From the IMG/VR virus record IMGVR_UViG_3300036770_007283: 64,000 nt of DNA, one strand, 5' to 3'. The translations under genes and the position numbers were made by a program. The notes under the pieces are model-generated. The model searched no databases. It saw only the letters and a list, made by a program, of their open reading frames with translations, and was not told the DNA's origin. Of the stretch, positions 25,763-35,490 are shown piece after piece (positions within the stretch are counted from its first letter, which is position 1; every line of letters starts with the position of its first letter). The stretch comes from a virus (taxonomy: Duplodnaviria > Caudoviricetes).

Positions 25763-25975
25763 CTAATTTAGGGCGTAATTATCGATAGACATATCTTCTA
25801 TGATCATACTCAAGATATCAGCCTTTTCTTCGGCAGATAACTTGTCAAAGTTGTCAAACATTTCTCTTGCCAATTTATTGGCAACTATAATTTTGACTTG
25901 CTCTTCAGTTTTTACATTTTCATAAGCTTTTAATACAGTTAAACAATCCTCAATCTCTTGTTTTGTCAGGAACAT
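25763..25975 (-). CDS. Hypothetical protein (70 aa)
   Basis: Co-oriented small ORF; no motif recognised. Confidence 0.6.
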   Translation of the reverse strand: MFLTKQEIEDCLTVLKAYENVKTEEQVKIIVANKLAREMFDNFDKLSAEEKADILSMIIEDMSIDNYALN

Positions 25976-26138
25976 TATATTCTCCCGATTCTACCAAACC
26001 CTCTGAGTCTTCGGTTTCACTAACTAGGTCATCTACGGTATATCTTACCTTTTCTTTATTGGATGCCTGCTTATTATTTAAATCTTTAACAATTTTATCT
26101 TTAAACACTTTGGTTTCACCATCTTTAATAAAAGCCAT
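25950..26138 (-). CDS. Hypothetical protein (62 aa)
   Basis: AAGGAG SD upstream of the ATG; no motif recognised. Confidence 0.65.
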   Translation of the reverse strand: MAFIKDGETKVFKDKIVKDLNNKQASNKEKVRYTVDDLVSETEDSEGLVESGEYNVPDKTRD

Positions 26139-26229
26139 CGTAACTCCTTAGTAGACTTTTGATACTATAACTATTTTTATTGAAATAACGTATAAAAATT
26201 GTATTACCAAGACTTTTGCAAAGGTTATT

Positions 26230-27198
26230 TTACGCAGTATGGTAGTCAAACAAATACATCTCTTTTAATAGATCTTTCCAATTATATTCCGGCTCCCATC
26301 CCAAAGCATTCTTAGCTAAGGATGGGTTACCTAGTAAGTAAGGTACATCTGATGGCCTCATATATCTGGGGTCTTGTTCGTAAACCTGATTGAAATCTAA
26401 ATCGGCTAACTGACAGACATACTCCAGCATTTCCCTAATCGTTGCTCCATCACCTGTTGCAACAACAAAATCCCTTGGGTTCTCCTGTTGCAGCATTAAA
26501 TACATTGCCCTAACAAAATCTTTGCTATGACCCTCATCCCTAAATGGCTCTAAGTTTCCCATTTTAAGTTTGTTTTTTAAGCCCAGTTTAATGGCAGCAA
26601 CACCGTGTGTAATTTTTCTAGTTGCAAAATCAAGGCCTCTTCTAGGGCTGCTGTGATTATGCAGGATCCCATTACAAGCATAAAGCCCATATGATTCCCT
26701 GTAGTTTCTAACGGCCCAGTACGCTGCCAATTTGGCCACTGCATAAGGCGACCTAGGGTTAAGGCTGGAAGATTCACTATAACCTTCCTTGGGGCAGCTT
26801 AGACCACCAAACAACTCGCTAGTACTTGCTTGATAGTACCTGGTTGATGGTGAAACTTGCCTAATTGCATCAAGTTGTGTGATTACAGCAGTAGCATTAG
26901 TTGTAAAAGTTTTAACAGGATTTATAAATGATTGACCTACGTGTGATTCCGCTGCTAAGTTATAAAATTCATGTGGTCGATAATCATAAATAACTCTGTA
27001 TATAAAGGTTGGATCGCAAATATCACCATAGATTAATTTAAAGTTTTTATCTTGAAGGCACTTTTTAATATTTGCTGATTCTTGATTGGTGCTACTCCTG
27101 CGTGTTACACCTATAACATTATAGCCTTTGGATAAAAGCAATTCAGCAAGATAAGAACCATCCTGACCACAAACACCGGTAATAATAACATTAAGCAT
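26230..27198 (-). CDS. gmd: GDP-mannose 4,6-dehydratase
   Basis: ITGVCGQDGSYLAE, NLAAESHV, YQASTSELFG, PRSPYAVAK, GILHNHSSPRRG, LGWEP. Confidence 0.95.
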   Translation of the reverse strand: MLNVIITGVCGQDGSYLAELLLSKGYNVIGVTRRSSTNQESANIKKCLQDKNFKLIYGDICDPTFIYRVIYDYRPHEFYNLAAESHVGQSFINPVKTFTTNATAVITQLDAIRQVSPSTRYYQASTSELFGGLSCPKEGYSESSSLNPRSPYAVAKLAAYWAVRNYRESYGLYACNGILHNHSSPRRGLDFATRKITHGVAAIKLGLKNKLKMGNLEPFRDEGHSKDFVRAMYLMLQQENPRDFVVATGDGATIREMLEYVCQLADLDFNQVYEQDPRYMRPSDVPYLLGNPSLAKNALGWEPEYNWKDLLKEMYLFDYHTA

Positions 27199-27517
27199 TC
27201 TTAGTACGCTCCTTAAATCTTAGGACTTCATTTTTAAAATCTAAATATCTAAGCTTAGATAGCTCTTCCAAGCTATTGATATTAAACAAGATATAATCTT
27301 TGTCATCCTGGGTGAAGTCTTCAGAAGATAGAAACCACTCTAATCCGTCTGGCTCTTTTAAATATCTAAGCCTTGAGGATATTATGGAAAACTTTATCAT
27401 ATCCCGTCTTTCTGTGGGAGATTTTTCTTTTAATTCTGGGAGACTAGATTTTTTAACTATATGCATGGAACAACACCCTGGCAAACTTACCATACCGGGT
27501 GTTGTAAAATAGAACAA
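27191..27517 (-). CDS. Hypothetical protein (108 aa)
   Basis: Fills the gap between the epimerase and gmd; start uncertain. Confidence 0.6.
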   Translation of the reverse strand: MFYFTTPGMVSLPGCCSMHIVKKSSLPELKEKSPTERRDMIKFSIISSRLRYLKEPDGLEWFLSSEDFTQDDKDYILFNINSLEELSKLRYLDFKNEVLRFKERTKNA

Positions 27518-27521
27518 TAGG

Positions 27522-28457
27522 TTAATCAGTATTTTTAATATACCAGTTAATAGTTTCTTTTAAGCCATCCTCAATATCAACTAGGGGTGTATATCCAAGT
27601 ATTTCTTTTGCTTTAGATATATCAGCCTGTGAGCAGGGTACATCGCCTACTCTTTCTTCAAAATGTTTGGGTGGCAAAGCATTCATCATTTTTACTAGAT
27701 CATTAATGCTAGTTTTTTTACCGCATCCTACATTGAAAACTTCACCGTTTAATGGTTTGCTATGGTTAGATGCTTTTACAATAAAATCAACAACGTTGTC
27801 TATATAAGTAAAGTCTCTGAAGAAACTTCCATCACCATAAATAATTGGGCTTTTGGAATCTTTTATTGACTGACAGAAGGCTGATATGACGGATGCGTAA
27901 GGTGAATCGCCATATTGATTTGGACCAAATATATTGAAAAATCTCATGCTTACAGTGTCTAAACCATAAAAGTAAGAATACATTTTACAATATTCTTCTC
28001 CAATCATTTTTTGTAAGGCATAAGGACTCTTGGGCGCTAAGGTTATACTTTCTGGTGTTGGCAGTATTTTTGATCCGCCATAAACTGAGCTGGAAGATGC
28101 AAAAATAACTTTTTTTATATAATACTTTCTTGCAAGATCTAGGATTTTGAGCGTTCCCGTAACGTTTGTATCATTAGTTTCTAGTGGATTCTCTACAGAA
28201 TACGATACTCTTGGGATTGCTGCCAAATGTATAATTTGCTCTATATTTGAATGATTCTTAAAAATTTCATTCATCTTATTATCATCTAAGATGTTTGCAT
28301 TATAAAATAAAAAATTATTTTTAATATTATCTATATTTGATTCCCGACCACTTCTAAGATTGTCAACACCAACAACATTCCAGCCAATACCTGCTAGATG
28401 TTTTGATAGATTGCTTCCTATAAATCCTGCCGCACCAGTAATCAAAACAGTTTTCAT
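27522..28457 (-). CDS. NAD-dependent nucleotide-sugar epimerase/dehydratase (extended SDR, WbpP/GalE-like)
   Basis: TGAAGFIGS, HLAA, ASSSSVYG, YALQK, RFFNIFGP, RDFTY. Confidence 0.93.
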   Translation of the reverse strand: MKTVLITGAAGFIGSNLSKHLAGIGWNVVGVDNLRSGRESNIDNIKNNFLFYNANILDDNKMNEIFKNHSNIEQIIHLAAIPRVSYSVENPLETNDTNVTGTLKILDLARKYYIKKVIFASSSSVYGGSKILPTPESITLAPKSPYALQKMIGEEYCKMYSYFYGLDTVSMRFFNIFGPNQYGDSPYASVISAFCQSIKDSKSPIIYGDGSFFRDFTYIDNVVDFIVKASNHSKPLNGEVFNVGCGKKTSINDLVKMMNALPPKHFEERVGDVPCSQADISKAKEILGYTPLVDIEDGLKETINWYIKNTD

Positions 28458-28475
28458 AAATATTTTTCCTTTTAA

Positions 28476-29309
28476 TTAATCTTTTCTCATTTTATTTCTT
28501 TCAGAAATACAAGAATCTATGATAGAGTTTGGTGTACCCATTCTTTTCATGAAATGGTTTAAGGCATTAGTATCTTTTGGAAAGCAAGCTCCACCATAAC
28601 TCAACTGCCCATCTAAGCCTATTGTTGTATGCATAGGATTTATCCATCCATTTTTAAGCATCATAGACTTTACAGTAGGATAATCTGCACCAATTCTCTG
28701 GCAAAGTAAATAAAATTCATTAAATACTTGTACTTTAATTGCATAAAAATTATTACAGAATAATTTCATTGCCTCTGATTCTTCTGAATTACATATTGAT
28801 ATTTCTGCTTCGGGATATAAATCTTTATATAATTCTGATAAAATATCTGTACTTTGATACTGAGTACTAATCCCCTTTGAATCTTGTGTGGCCACAAGTC
28901 TATGGTGTCCAATTACAATATGCTTTTGACTATCAAAATCTTCAAATGCAGTTCTGGCGGTTAAAAATTCCGGATTGTGACAAATATTTAAGTGGTAACT
29001 TTCTGAAAGTAATTTTGTGGTTCCTGGCTCAACTGTGCTTTTTATAACTACTAAGCCCTGATACCTTCTGTAAGGGTCTCTGGAGTTGGATAAGAAGCTT
29101 AAGTTTTCTTGTAATGCGGATATATTAAAACCATGGCCTTCCACGTATGGTGTTGGTAAGCATAAGAATACAACATCAGTATTTAAAATGGATTCAATAT
29201 TCCCAATACCTTTAAATTTGTCATATACTAAAACTTTTTGACCTTTTAATTCAAAACTTTTTTTAAGTGCGCCGCCGACAAAACCTGCCCCTATTAGACC
29301 AACCTTCAT
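28476..29309 (-). CDS. UDP-glucose/GDP-mannose dehydrogenase family, short form lacking the C-terminal domain
   Basis: GAGFVGG, CLPTP, KSTVEPGT, NPEFL, YGGACFPKD; only 277 aa. Confidence 0.9.
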   Translation of the reverse strand: MKVGLIGAGFVGGALKKSFELKGQKVLVYDKFKGIGNIESILNTDVVFLCLPTPYVEGHGFNISALQENLSFLSNSRDPYRRYQGLVVIKSTVEPGTTKLLSESYHLNICHNPEFLTARTAFEDFDSQKHIVIGHHRLVATQDSKGISTQYQSTDILSELYKDLYPEAEISICNSEESEAMKLFCNNFYAIKVQVFNEFYLLCQRIGADYPTVKSMMLKNGWINPMHTTIGLDGQLSYGGACFPKDTNALNHFMKRMGTPNSIIDSCISERNKMRKD

Positions 29310-29398
29310 TAAGCACCTCTAATAATTTCTCGTAATATTTATTACATAAAATTAATTATACTATAAACATATTATATCTTATTATTTTAAACTTAGCC

Positions 29399-30310
29399 TT
29401 AACTTTGTTTTTTTATTTTATTAAAAATTTCAAAGTACTCTTTCCATATAGTACTCCAACAGTGATTTTTGTGTATAGTTTCTTGTATGTTATTTGATGT
29501 AATATTTAACAATTCTTTGTTTTTATATATTTCTAATATTTTTTTATTTAAGCTATCTGATGTTCTATCAATTTTGAATCCATTAAAATTATCTACTAGT
29601 ATTTCACCAAATGCTGATCTTTCACAAGATGATATCGTAGTAACACCACAGGCTCCCCCTTCAAATGGGGGAAGCGGCCCCCCTTCATCTGTACTCATAC
29701 ATATTATTAAGTCTAATTTGTTATAAAAATCCGGCATTTCATTAGGCTTAACCCTATCTTCTTTATCATAAGATGCTACGTAAAAATTAACATACTTATC
29801 CAGGTTTTGAACGGCTTGTTTTATCAGGGCATATCCCTTGGAATCATTTGGCCTATTTTTATTTCCAATAAAACCTATATTTAACTTATTTGCGTTGGTT
29901 TTATTTTTATTTTTACAAAAAAAATTAGTATCTACGGCTACTGGTATATGCTTAATTATATTAAACTTATCACTAATTTCTAATTTCGCCTTTTTCTCTA
30001 TTTGCTTGTTCATACATATAAAATATCCAAAATTTTTTGTGTTTATTTCAGACTGCTTTTTGTAATCACCAAAAGATGAAAATCTAACGGCAGTATTTTC
30101 ACTGCTATATGTTATGTTTTTTGCTTGACGTGGATAAAGAAGTACAGAGTCATAAGAATTTCTTATTTCTGAAGATAATTTTTCATAAAAAAATGGATAA
30201 GAGTATGTATCTACAATGCATTTTGTATTTTTATTTATATATTTTTTTAAACCAACCGCCTCAGAATAGTAAGCCCAACCAATCACATCATATAATATGG
30301 CAACCTTCAT
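29399..30310 (-). CDS. GT4-like glycosyltransferase (paralog group A)
   Basis: YDVIGWAYY, IGFIGN, MSTDEGGPLPPFEGGACG. Confidence 0.85.
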   Translation of the reverse strand: MKVAILYDVIGWAYYSEAVGLKKYINKNTKCIVDTYSYPFFYEKLSSEIRNSYDSVLLYPRQAKNITYSSENTAVRFSSFGDYKKQSEINTKNFGYFICMNKQIEKKAKLEISDKFNIIKHIPVAVDTNFFCKNKNKTNANKLNIGFIGNKNRPNDSKGYALIKQAVQNLDKYVNFYVASYDKEDRVKPNEMPDFYNKLDLIICMSTDEGGPLPPFEGGACGVTTISSCERSAFGEILVDNFNGFKIDRTSDSLNKKILEIYKNKELLNITSNNIQETIHKNHCWSTIWKEYFEIFNKIKKQS

Positions 30311-30312
30311 GA

Positions 30313-31212
30313 TTATCCAGCCCTTATTTTATTTTTAATAATTGTACTTTTTTGTATTAAATCATTTACTATATCATTTATTTTTTTATCTGAAATTATT
30401 TTTTTATCATTTATTTTCATGCTTATTTTTTCATAATCTATATCTTTTATATCCAATGGATTTTCATCATTAATTGATTTTGCAAACCCATCTATTTTAT
30501 AATCTTTTGATATTGCCAGAACTTTTTTACCTAGGGCTGTTGCTATTATATAACCATGTAACCTTGTAGATACTACAAGGCTTGCTTTGTTATATTCATC
30601 TATTGTTGATTCAACTTGTGAAGAATCTCTTGCTATATTATTAACCTGAGAATATTTTAAATTATTCACTTCAGAATATTTTTTTAATATTTCAATTATC
30701 TTTAAGTCATTACTTTTTCCAACTAATGACTCATGACTAACATACAAAAGTTTTTTTTCTACATTTTCTTGTTTTTTATAATTTTTAAATATATGATATA
30801 TGCTTGGACAAAAGGTTTCTTTTACCTTATCATTATGAAATGGTAGAGGTGCTCTAAAGTATGTAGCCTCTGAACTATTAATTATATTTTCAACAAGGCT
30901 TTGTTTTAAAACAGTATTTTTATCAACATTTTTGTGTTGGCACACACCTACACCAAATATATATAATTTAAAATTATTCATTTTTTTATATTTTAATATT
31001 TCTAACCAATATTTTTCAAAATAATCTTTTAATAAACCACCACCACCTATTATAATTGAGTCGTTTGAGTTAATATTTTTTAATTCTAAGTCTAGTGCCT
31101 TATTTCTTTCTAAAAATAATTCTTTACCTGATATATTAATAAGTTCTTTAATGCCAAGCATAGATATGTAATCACCAATATTTATATTGTTTGCACAGCA
31201 ATAATATATCAT
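30313..31212 (-). CDS. Polysaccharide pyruvyltransferase family protein
   Basis: NIGDY, IGGGGLL, FGVGV, VSTRLHG. Confidence 0.85.
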   Translation of the reverse strand: MIYYCCANNINIGDYISMLGIKELINISGKELFLERNKALDLELKNINSNDSIIIGGGGLLKDYFEKYWLEILKYKKMNNFKLYIFGVGVCQHKNVDKNTVLKQSLVENIINSSEATYFRAPLPFHNDKVKETFCPSIYHIFKNYKKQENVEKKLLYVSHESLVGKSNDLKIIEILKKYSEVNNLKYSQVNNIARDSSQVESTIDEYNKASLVVSTRLHGYIIATALGKKVLAISKDYKIDGFAKSINDENPLDIKDIDYEKISMKINDKKIISDKKINDIVNDLIQKSTIIKNKIRAG

Positions 31213-31802
31213 TTTTTACCCCATCTGTATATACTTCCATTTTTATATAAAAGATTAAAATCTGGATGAGACCAATTTTCTATATATTTTTTTCCAGAAT
31301 CATATATCTCACCAACATTTACTCCTAAAAGAAATCCTTCTTTTGATATTCTGGAAAATTCATTCAATACATTCGGCCAAATGCTAATAGGCTTAAAGAA
31401 TGTTATTGCACCATAACAAATTAAAAAGTCAAATTGTTTATTTTTAAAAGGATAAGGCAAAATAGAACCATCATGAACTGTGCATTTTAAATTTTGAGAT
31501 TCTATCATTGGTCTATATATCCAATCACCATCCTTAAAACCTGGTGAATAATCCATTCCTACAGCAGCATGACCATAGAAATTTAATACTTCCAAAGTGG
31601 CTCCATTACCACATGCTACGTCTAGAATCTTTTTTTTATTCTCTGAAAATAAAACATCTGGTATGTGGTGTTCTAATCTAGCTATATTTATTTTTAAAGT
31701 CCTATCCCTACCTAAAAACTTATGTTCTTTAGAACCCTTAAACTTATCTTTAATGCTTCTATCCTTCCACTCTCCAAATAGCTTGCTGGTGTCTTTTTCC
31801 AT
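31209..31802 (-). CDS. Class I SAM-dependent methyltransferase
   Basis: ILDVACGNG, GMDY, LPYPF..KQFDFLIC. Confidence 0.88.
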   Translation of the reverse strand: MEKDTSKLFGEWKDRSIKDKFKGSKEHKFLGRDRTLKINIARLEHHIPDVLFSENKKKILDVACGNGATLEVLNFYGHAAVGMDYSPGFKDGDWIYRPMIESQNLKCTVHDGSILPYPFKNKQFDFLICYGAITFFKPISIWPNVLNEFSRISKEGFLLGVNVGEIYDSGKKYIENWSHPDFNLLYKNGSIYRWGKK

Positions 31803-31824
31803 ATTAAATACTCCTACCTTATAT

Positions 31825-32976
31825 TTATTTAATTCTCATATTTTTAAGCATATCTTGAGCTCTAAGATTCCAAGAATTATTTTTAATTGTAATTTTTGAT
31901 ATATTTTCTTTGTCAAATTGTCTTTTTGAAATAACCTTGATTGCATCAGTATATTCCCTTATATTGCATATATTTTCAACTATAATTCCGGCATTAGCTT
32001 TTTTTATTAAATCTGTATTACCAGTGCTAATTTCTGTAATGACGGGAAGTCCTACTGTTAAATATTCTAAAAGTTTAGCATTGCCTGCCGAACTTTTATT
32101 TTTAGACCATGATGGTGATAAATCTATTCCCAAGTCTGAATTAATTAAATAGTTCCAATGCTCACCCCATGATACTGGCTTATGAACTGTAATATTTTTT
32201 GATTTTGAAAAATATTTTTTTAACCACTGAAGATTATCAGAAACCTCTGGCCCAAATTTATTTTTTCCATTTAGATTTAATTTATCCAGCATTTCGGGCG
32301 GCTTTGCAAAACTACCTGGTAATATATTTAAATGATACTCTTCTGAAAAATTATTCATTACATCAATTAAAAAAGGCATTTTAGATGGAGAATGCATCAT
32401 TCTGCCCATATAAATTAAGTTATGCTTTCTTTTTAAGAATGGCGCATCTTTTAAATTATCTTTTACATATTCTGTGCCCATTTCTGAATAAAAAACCTTT
32501 TGCTGTGGATCACCATTAACTTTTTTCATAGAATTCATAAAACCTATTTCTTGACAAAAAAAGAAGTCAGCTGCTTTATATATATAATCAAAAGAAAACT
32601 TTGATTTACTAATCCAATTATGTGTCGCGTGTTTAATTACCAGCAAAGTCTTTGTTTTTATACCTGCTGCTTTCTTATCCATTAGATTCTTAAGCGGCTT
32701 TATCGAATCAATAACTTTTTCTATTGCTAGGTCTAGTCCTAATATTATTATATCAAAACTTTCTAATAATTCAAAATCTATTTTGGAATAAGGCATCATC
32801 TGTATATTATGTATTTTATCTAGTTGCAATCTTGAAACATAAAAAACTTCATGGCCTAAATTAGAAAATCCTTTTGCCAATCCAAAAGATTTATATATAC
32901 TATAATGTATTTTGAATTCATTTTCAAAAGGTGAGGCTGTATTTCCTGCAATTAATATTTTCATTTTTTTACACAA
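31825..32976 (-). CDS. GT-B (GT4-like) glycosyltransferase
   Basis: LIYMGR, NAKLLEYLTVGLPVI. Confidence 0.8.
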   Translation of the reverse strand: MCKKMKILIAGNTASPFENEFKIHYSIYKSFGLAKGFSNLGHEVFYVSRLQLDKIHNIQMMPYSKIDFELLESFDIIILGLDLAIEKVIDSIKPLKNLMDKKAAGIKTKTLLVIKHATHNWISKSKFSFDYIYKAADFFFCQEIGFMNSMKKVNGDPQQKVFYSEMGTEYVKDNLKDAPFLKRKHNLIYMGRMMHSPSKMPFLIDVMNNFSEEYHLNILPGSFAKPPEMLDKLNLNGKNKFGPEVSDNLQWLKKYFSKSKNITVHKPVSWGEHWNYLINSDLGIDLSPSWSKNKSSAGNAKLLEYLTVGLPVITEISTGNTDLIKKANAGIIVENICNIREYTDAIKVISKRQFDKENISKITIKNNSWNLRAQDMLKNMRIK

Positions 32977-33449
32977 TAATAGATTGACTGTTGTGGTGGT
33001 AAAACCAAATCTTTCTTAAGAACTTCTATTTTATAATCATTTATAAATAATTTTTCAAATGAATCAAAACTTTTATTTAGACATGAAAAAATGAAATGAT
33101 TGAAATTTTTTTGTATATATAAGTTGAAACTTTTTTTATCATCTATGTATTCTAATAGTCCAAGAAAAAGTCCTAACCCTGGATCTTCAATATTAGGCCT
33201 ATCTATATTTAAATCAACTAAAATTGTTAAATCTGTATGTTTAATACTATCAAACCCAAAATATTTTATATCTTTATTTATAAAGTTAACAATGTTTGAG
33301 TCACCACAACCAAAATCATATAGATATTCTGGATTTACTTCGTTTATTTTTTTTGCTGCCGTCATCATTCTTTCTGACCAATCTAAACCTTTGTTAGCTG
33401 GATAATCCTTAAGTAATTTGCAGCCTTTTTCCGCCCATCTATTTGCCAT
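32961..33449 (-). CDS. Small SAM-dependent methyltransferase-like protein
   Basis: LYDFGCGD, YFGFD, FLGLLEYI. Confidence 0.7.
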   Translation of the reverse strand: MANRWAEKGCKLLKDYPANKGLDWSERMMTAAKKINEVNPEYLYDFGCGDSNIVNFINKDIKYFGFDSIKHTDLTILVDLNIDRPNIEDPGLGLFLGLLEYIDDKKSFNLYIQKNFNHFIFSCLNKSFDSFEKLFINDYKIEVLKKDLVLPPQQSIYYCVKK

Positions 33450-33466
33450 TAGACCTCCCTTCTAAA

Positions 33467-34456
33467 TTATGCATCACATATATTTTCAAAAAATAATATA
33501 ACTTCTTCAATTCTTTTTTCATAGGTCCAATTATTAATAATTTCTTTATATAGATTTTCCGAAATATCTTTTCTTAAACTTTTATCATCTTTAATTTGTA
33601 TTATTTTTTTTGAAATATTAAAAATATTATCATCAACGATTAATCCATTGAATTTATCAACAACAATATCTCTAGACAAACCAACATGCGTAGTAATAAC
33701 TGGAATAGCGCAGGCTCCAGACTCTAACATCATCATTGGACCACCTTCAGATTTGCTTAGGCAAATAACAGCATCCAGTTTATTATACCATTTATTTAGT
33801 TCTATTCTATCCAGGTCTTTTGCAGCCTTAAGGATAACCCCAGCCATCGTGGCAGATTTACTAACCAATTCAAAATTCTTTATAGGATTATTAAAGTTTC
33901 CAGACCATCCCAGCGTAAATTTTTTATTTTCTACTAAGATATTATTTCTTTTTATACAAAAAATTTCATTATTAATTGCTTGTGATACACGAAATATATT
34001 TGGATGTAATCCTTTAAAATTTTTAATAATAAAAGAATTACAACAAGCTAATGCTTTTGTACCTTCAAAATATTTTTTGTAGGTAGTTTGCGCACCTTCA
34101 TTTACCCATTTTTCATTATTTATACACACACCAACTTTATCTAGAGGAAAATCTGTAGATAATAGCCTACCGTCCCAAATTGCTCTGTGATATAAGAAAA
34201 CAATTCCATCATATTTAGAATGATCAAAGATATTTTTTTTTCCATTTTTAGATATAAAATTTTTTTTATATTCTAAAAAGCTTTCCATATTGCTATAAAC
34301 ATTTGCATTATTTACTTCTTCATTTTTTACACTACTATATTCTTTAAGATAAAGTATCTCTATATTATACTTTTTAAAGAGAAGTTTTTTCCAATTTTGA
34401 ACGGCATCATCATATGCCCACCCCCTTACATCTACAATCAAAAGAATATTTTTCAT
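33467..34456 (-). CDS. GT4-like glycosyltransferase (paralog group A)
   Basis: VDVRGWAYD, LGWSGN, LSKSEGGPMMMLESGACAIPVITT. Confidence 0.88.
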   Translation of the reverse strand: MKNILLIVDVRGWAYDDAVQNWKKLLFKKYNIEILYLKEYSSVKNEEVNNANVYSNMESFLEYKKNFISKNGKKNIFDHSKYDGIVFLYHRAIWDGRLLSTDFPLDKVGVCINNEKWVNEGAQTTYKKYFEGTKALACCNSFIIKNFKGLHPNIFRVSQAINNEIFCIKRNNILVENKKFTLGWSGNFNNPIKNFELVSKSATMAGVILKAAKDLDRIELNKWYNKLDAVICLSKSEGGPMMMLESGACAIPVITTHVGLSRDIVVDKFNGLIVDDNIFNISKKIIQIKDDKSLRKDISENLYKEIINNWTYEKRIEEVILFFENICDA

Positions 34457-35490
34457 TAGATAATCTCTTTCATCTTTTCAATAAGCGAATTTTTATTTAA
34501 AACATTAAAAGCAACCTTATTTTTTAACAAATAAGATATTTTATTTATCCATTCTTTTTTATCATAAACATCATCACATATAAACTCAGATGGGTATGAT
34601 TCATACCACCCGCAATTTCTACTCATTAATATATTTGATCCACATAAAATTGCTTCTTTTATTGTGTTAGGTGAAGCATCATAATAGGAAGTGCATAAAA
34701 TAACTTTTGTATTTTTCATTATCTCAAGAACTTCTCTCTGCGAAGATAGGTCCCTACATTCCATATTTTTAATACCATTAAAAATTGAAGAATTCTTACC
34801 AACCACAATTTTTTTGTTCATATCAAACTTTTTTTCTGACATAATATTTATTGCTAATTCAGAATTTTTAACCTTCCTAGAAAGGTTGGAGCAAATAAAG
34901 GCCAAATCCCATTTTCTATCTGTGAAATTTTCACCCAGACAAATATCGTTGTTAAATGCCAAAGAAGTGTCTATGGGGTTTGAAAACTTCTTATTTTCAC
35001 CATAATTTTTAATTAATAATTTTTTACCTAACCAACTATTTGGAACCACCAAATCAGAAGCCCTGATACAAGCCTCTTCCTGCTTGAATCTAATGATATT
35101 AAAACCAGATAGATATTTTTGCGCAGAAATTCCATTTTCTGAAGCAGATGACATTTGAGGTGACCCAGTTACCAAATACACTATTTTTACATTAGGAAAT
35201 AATTCTTTAGAAATAACAGGTGCTGCATAATTTTTTCCAAAAATGACATCTGGTAATCCGCCCAACTGCCTAGTTATTAGCCTATTTAAAATACTCTTCT
35301 TATCCTTACCTGGATCAAACTTCCAGACACCACCAATTTTATCAGGATCTACATTTACCCTGCTAGATTCAAAAAATACTCCTGCAACCATATGGCCAAA
35401 ACTTCTAAGATATTTTATTAAGGCATAGCTGTTGGTTGCTGCACCGCCATAATAAGGATATTGTGTACTTGTTATAAGAATTCTAGCCAT
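34456..35490 (-). CDS. GT4-like glycosyltransferase
   Basis: YYGGAATN, RKVKN, TSYYDASPNTIKEAILCG. Confidence 0.85.
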   Translation of the reverse strand: MARILITSTQYPYYGGAATNSYALIKYLRSFGHMVAGVFFESSRVNVDPDKIGGVWKFDPGKDKKSILNRLITRQLGGLPDVIFGKNYAAPVISKELFPNVKIVYLVTGSPQMSSASENGISAQKYLSGFNIIRFKQEEACIRASDLVVPNSWLGKKLLIKNYGENKKFSNPIDTSLAFNNDICLGENFTDRKWDLAFICSNLSRKVKNSELAINIMSEKKFDMNKKIVVGKNSSIFNGIKNMECRDLSSQREVLEIMKNTKVILCTSYYDASPNTIKEAILCGSNILMSRNCGWYESYPSEFICDDVYDKKEWINKISYLLKNKVAFNVLNKNSLIEKMKEII

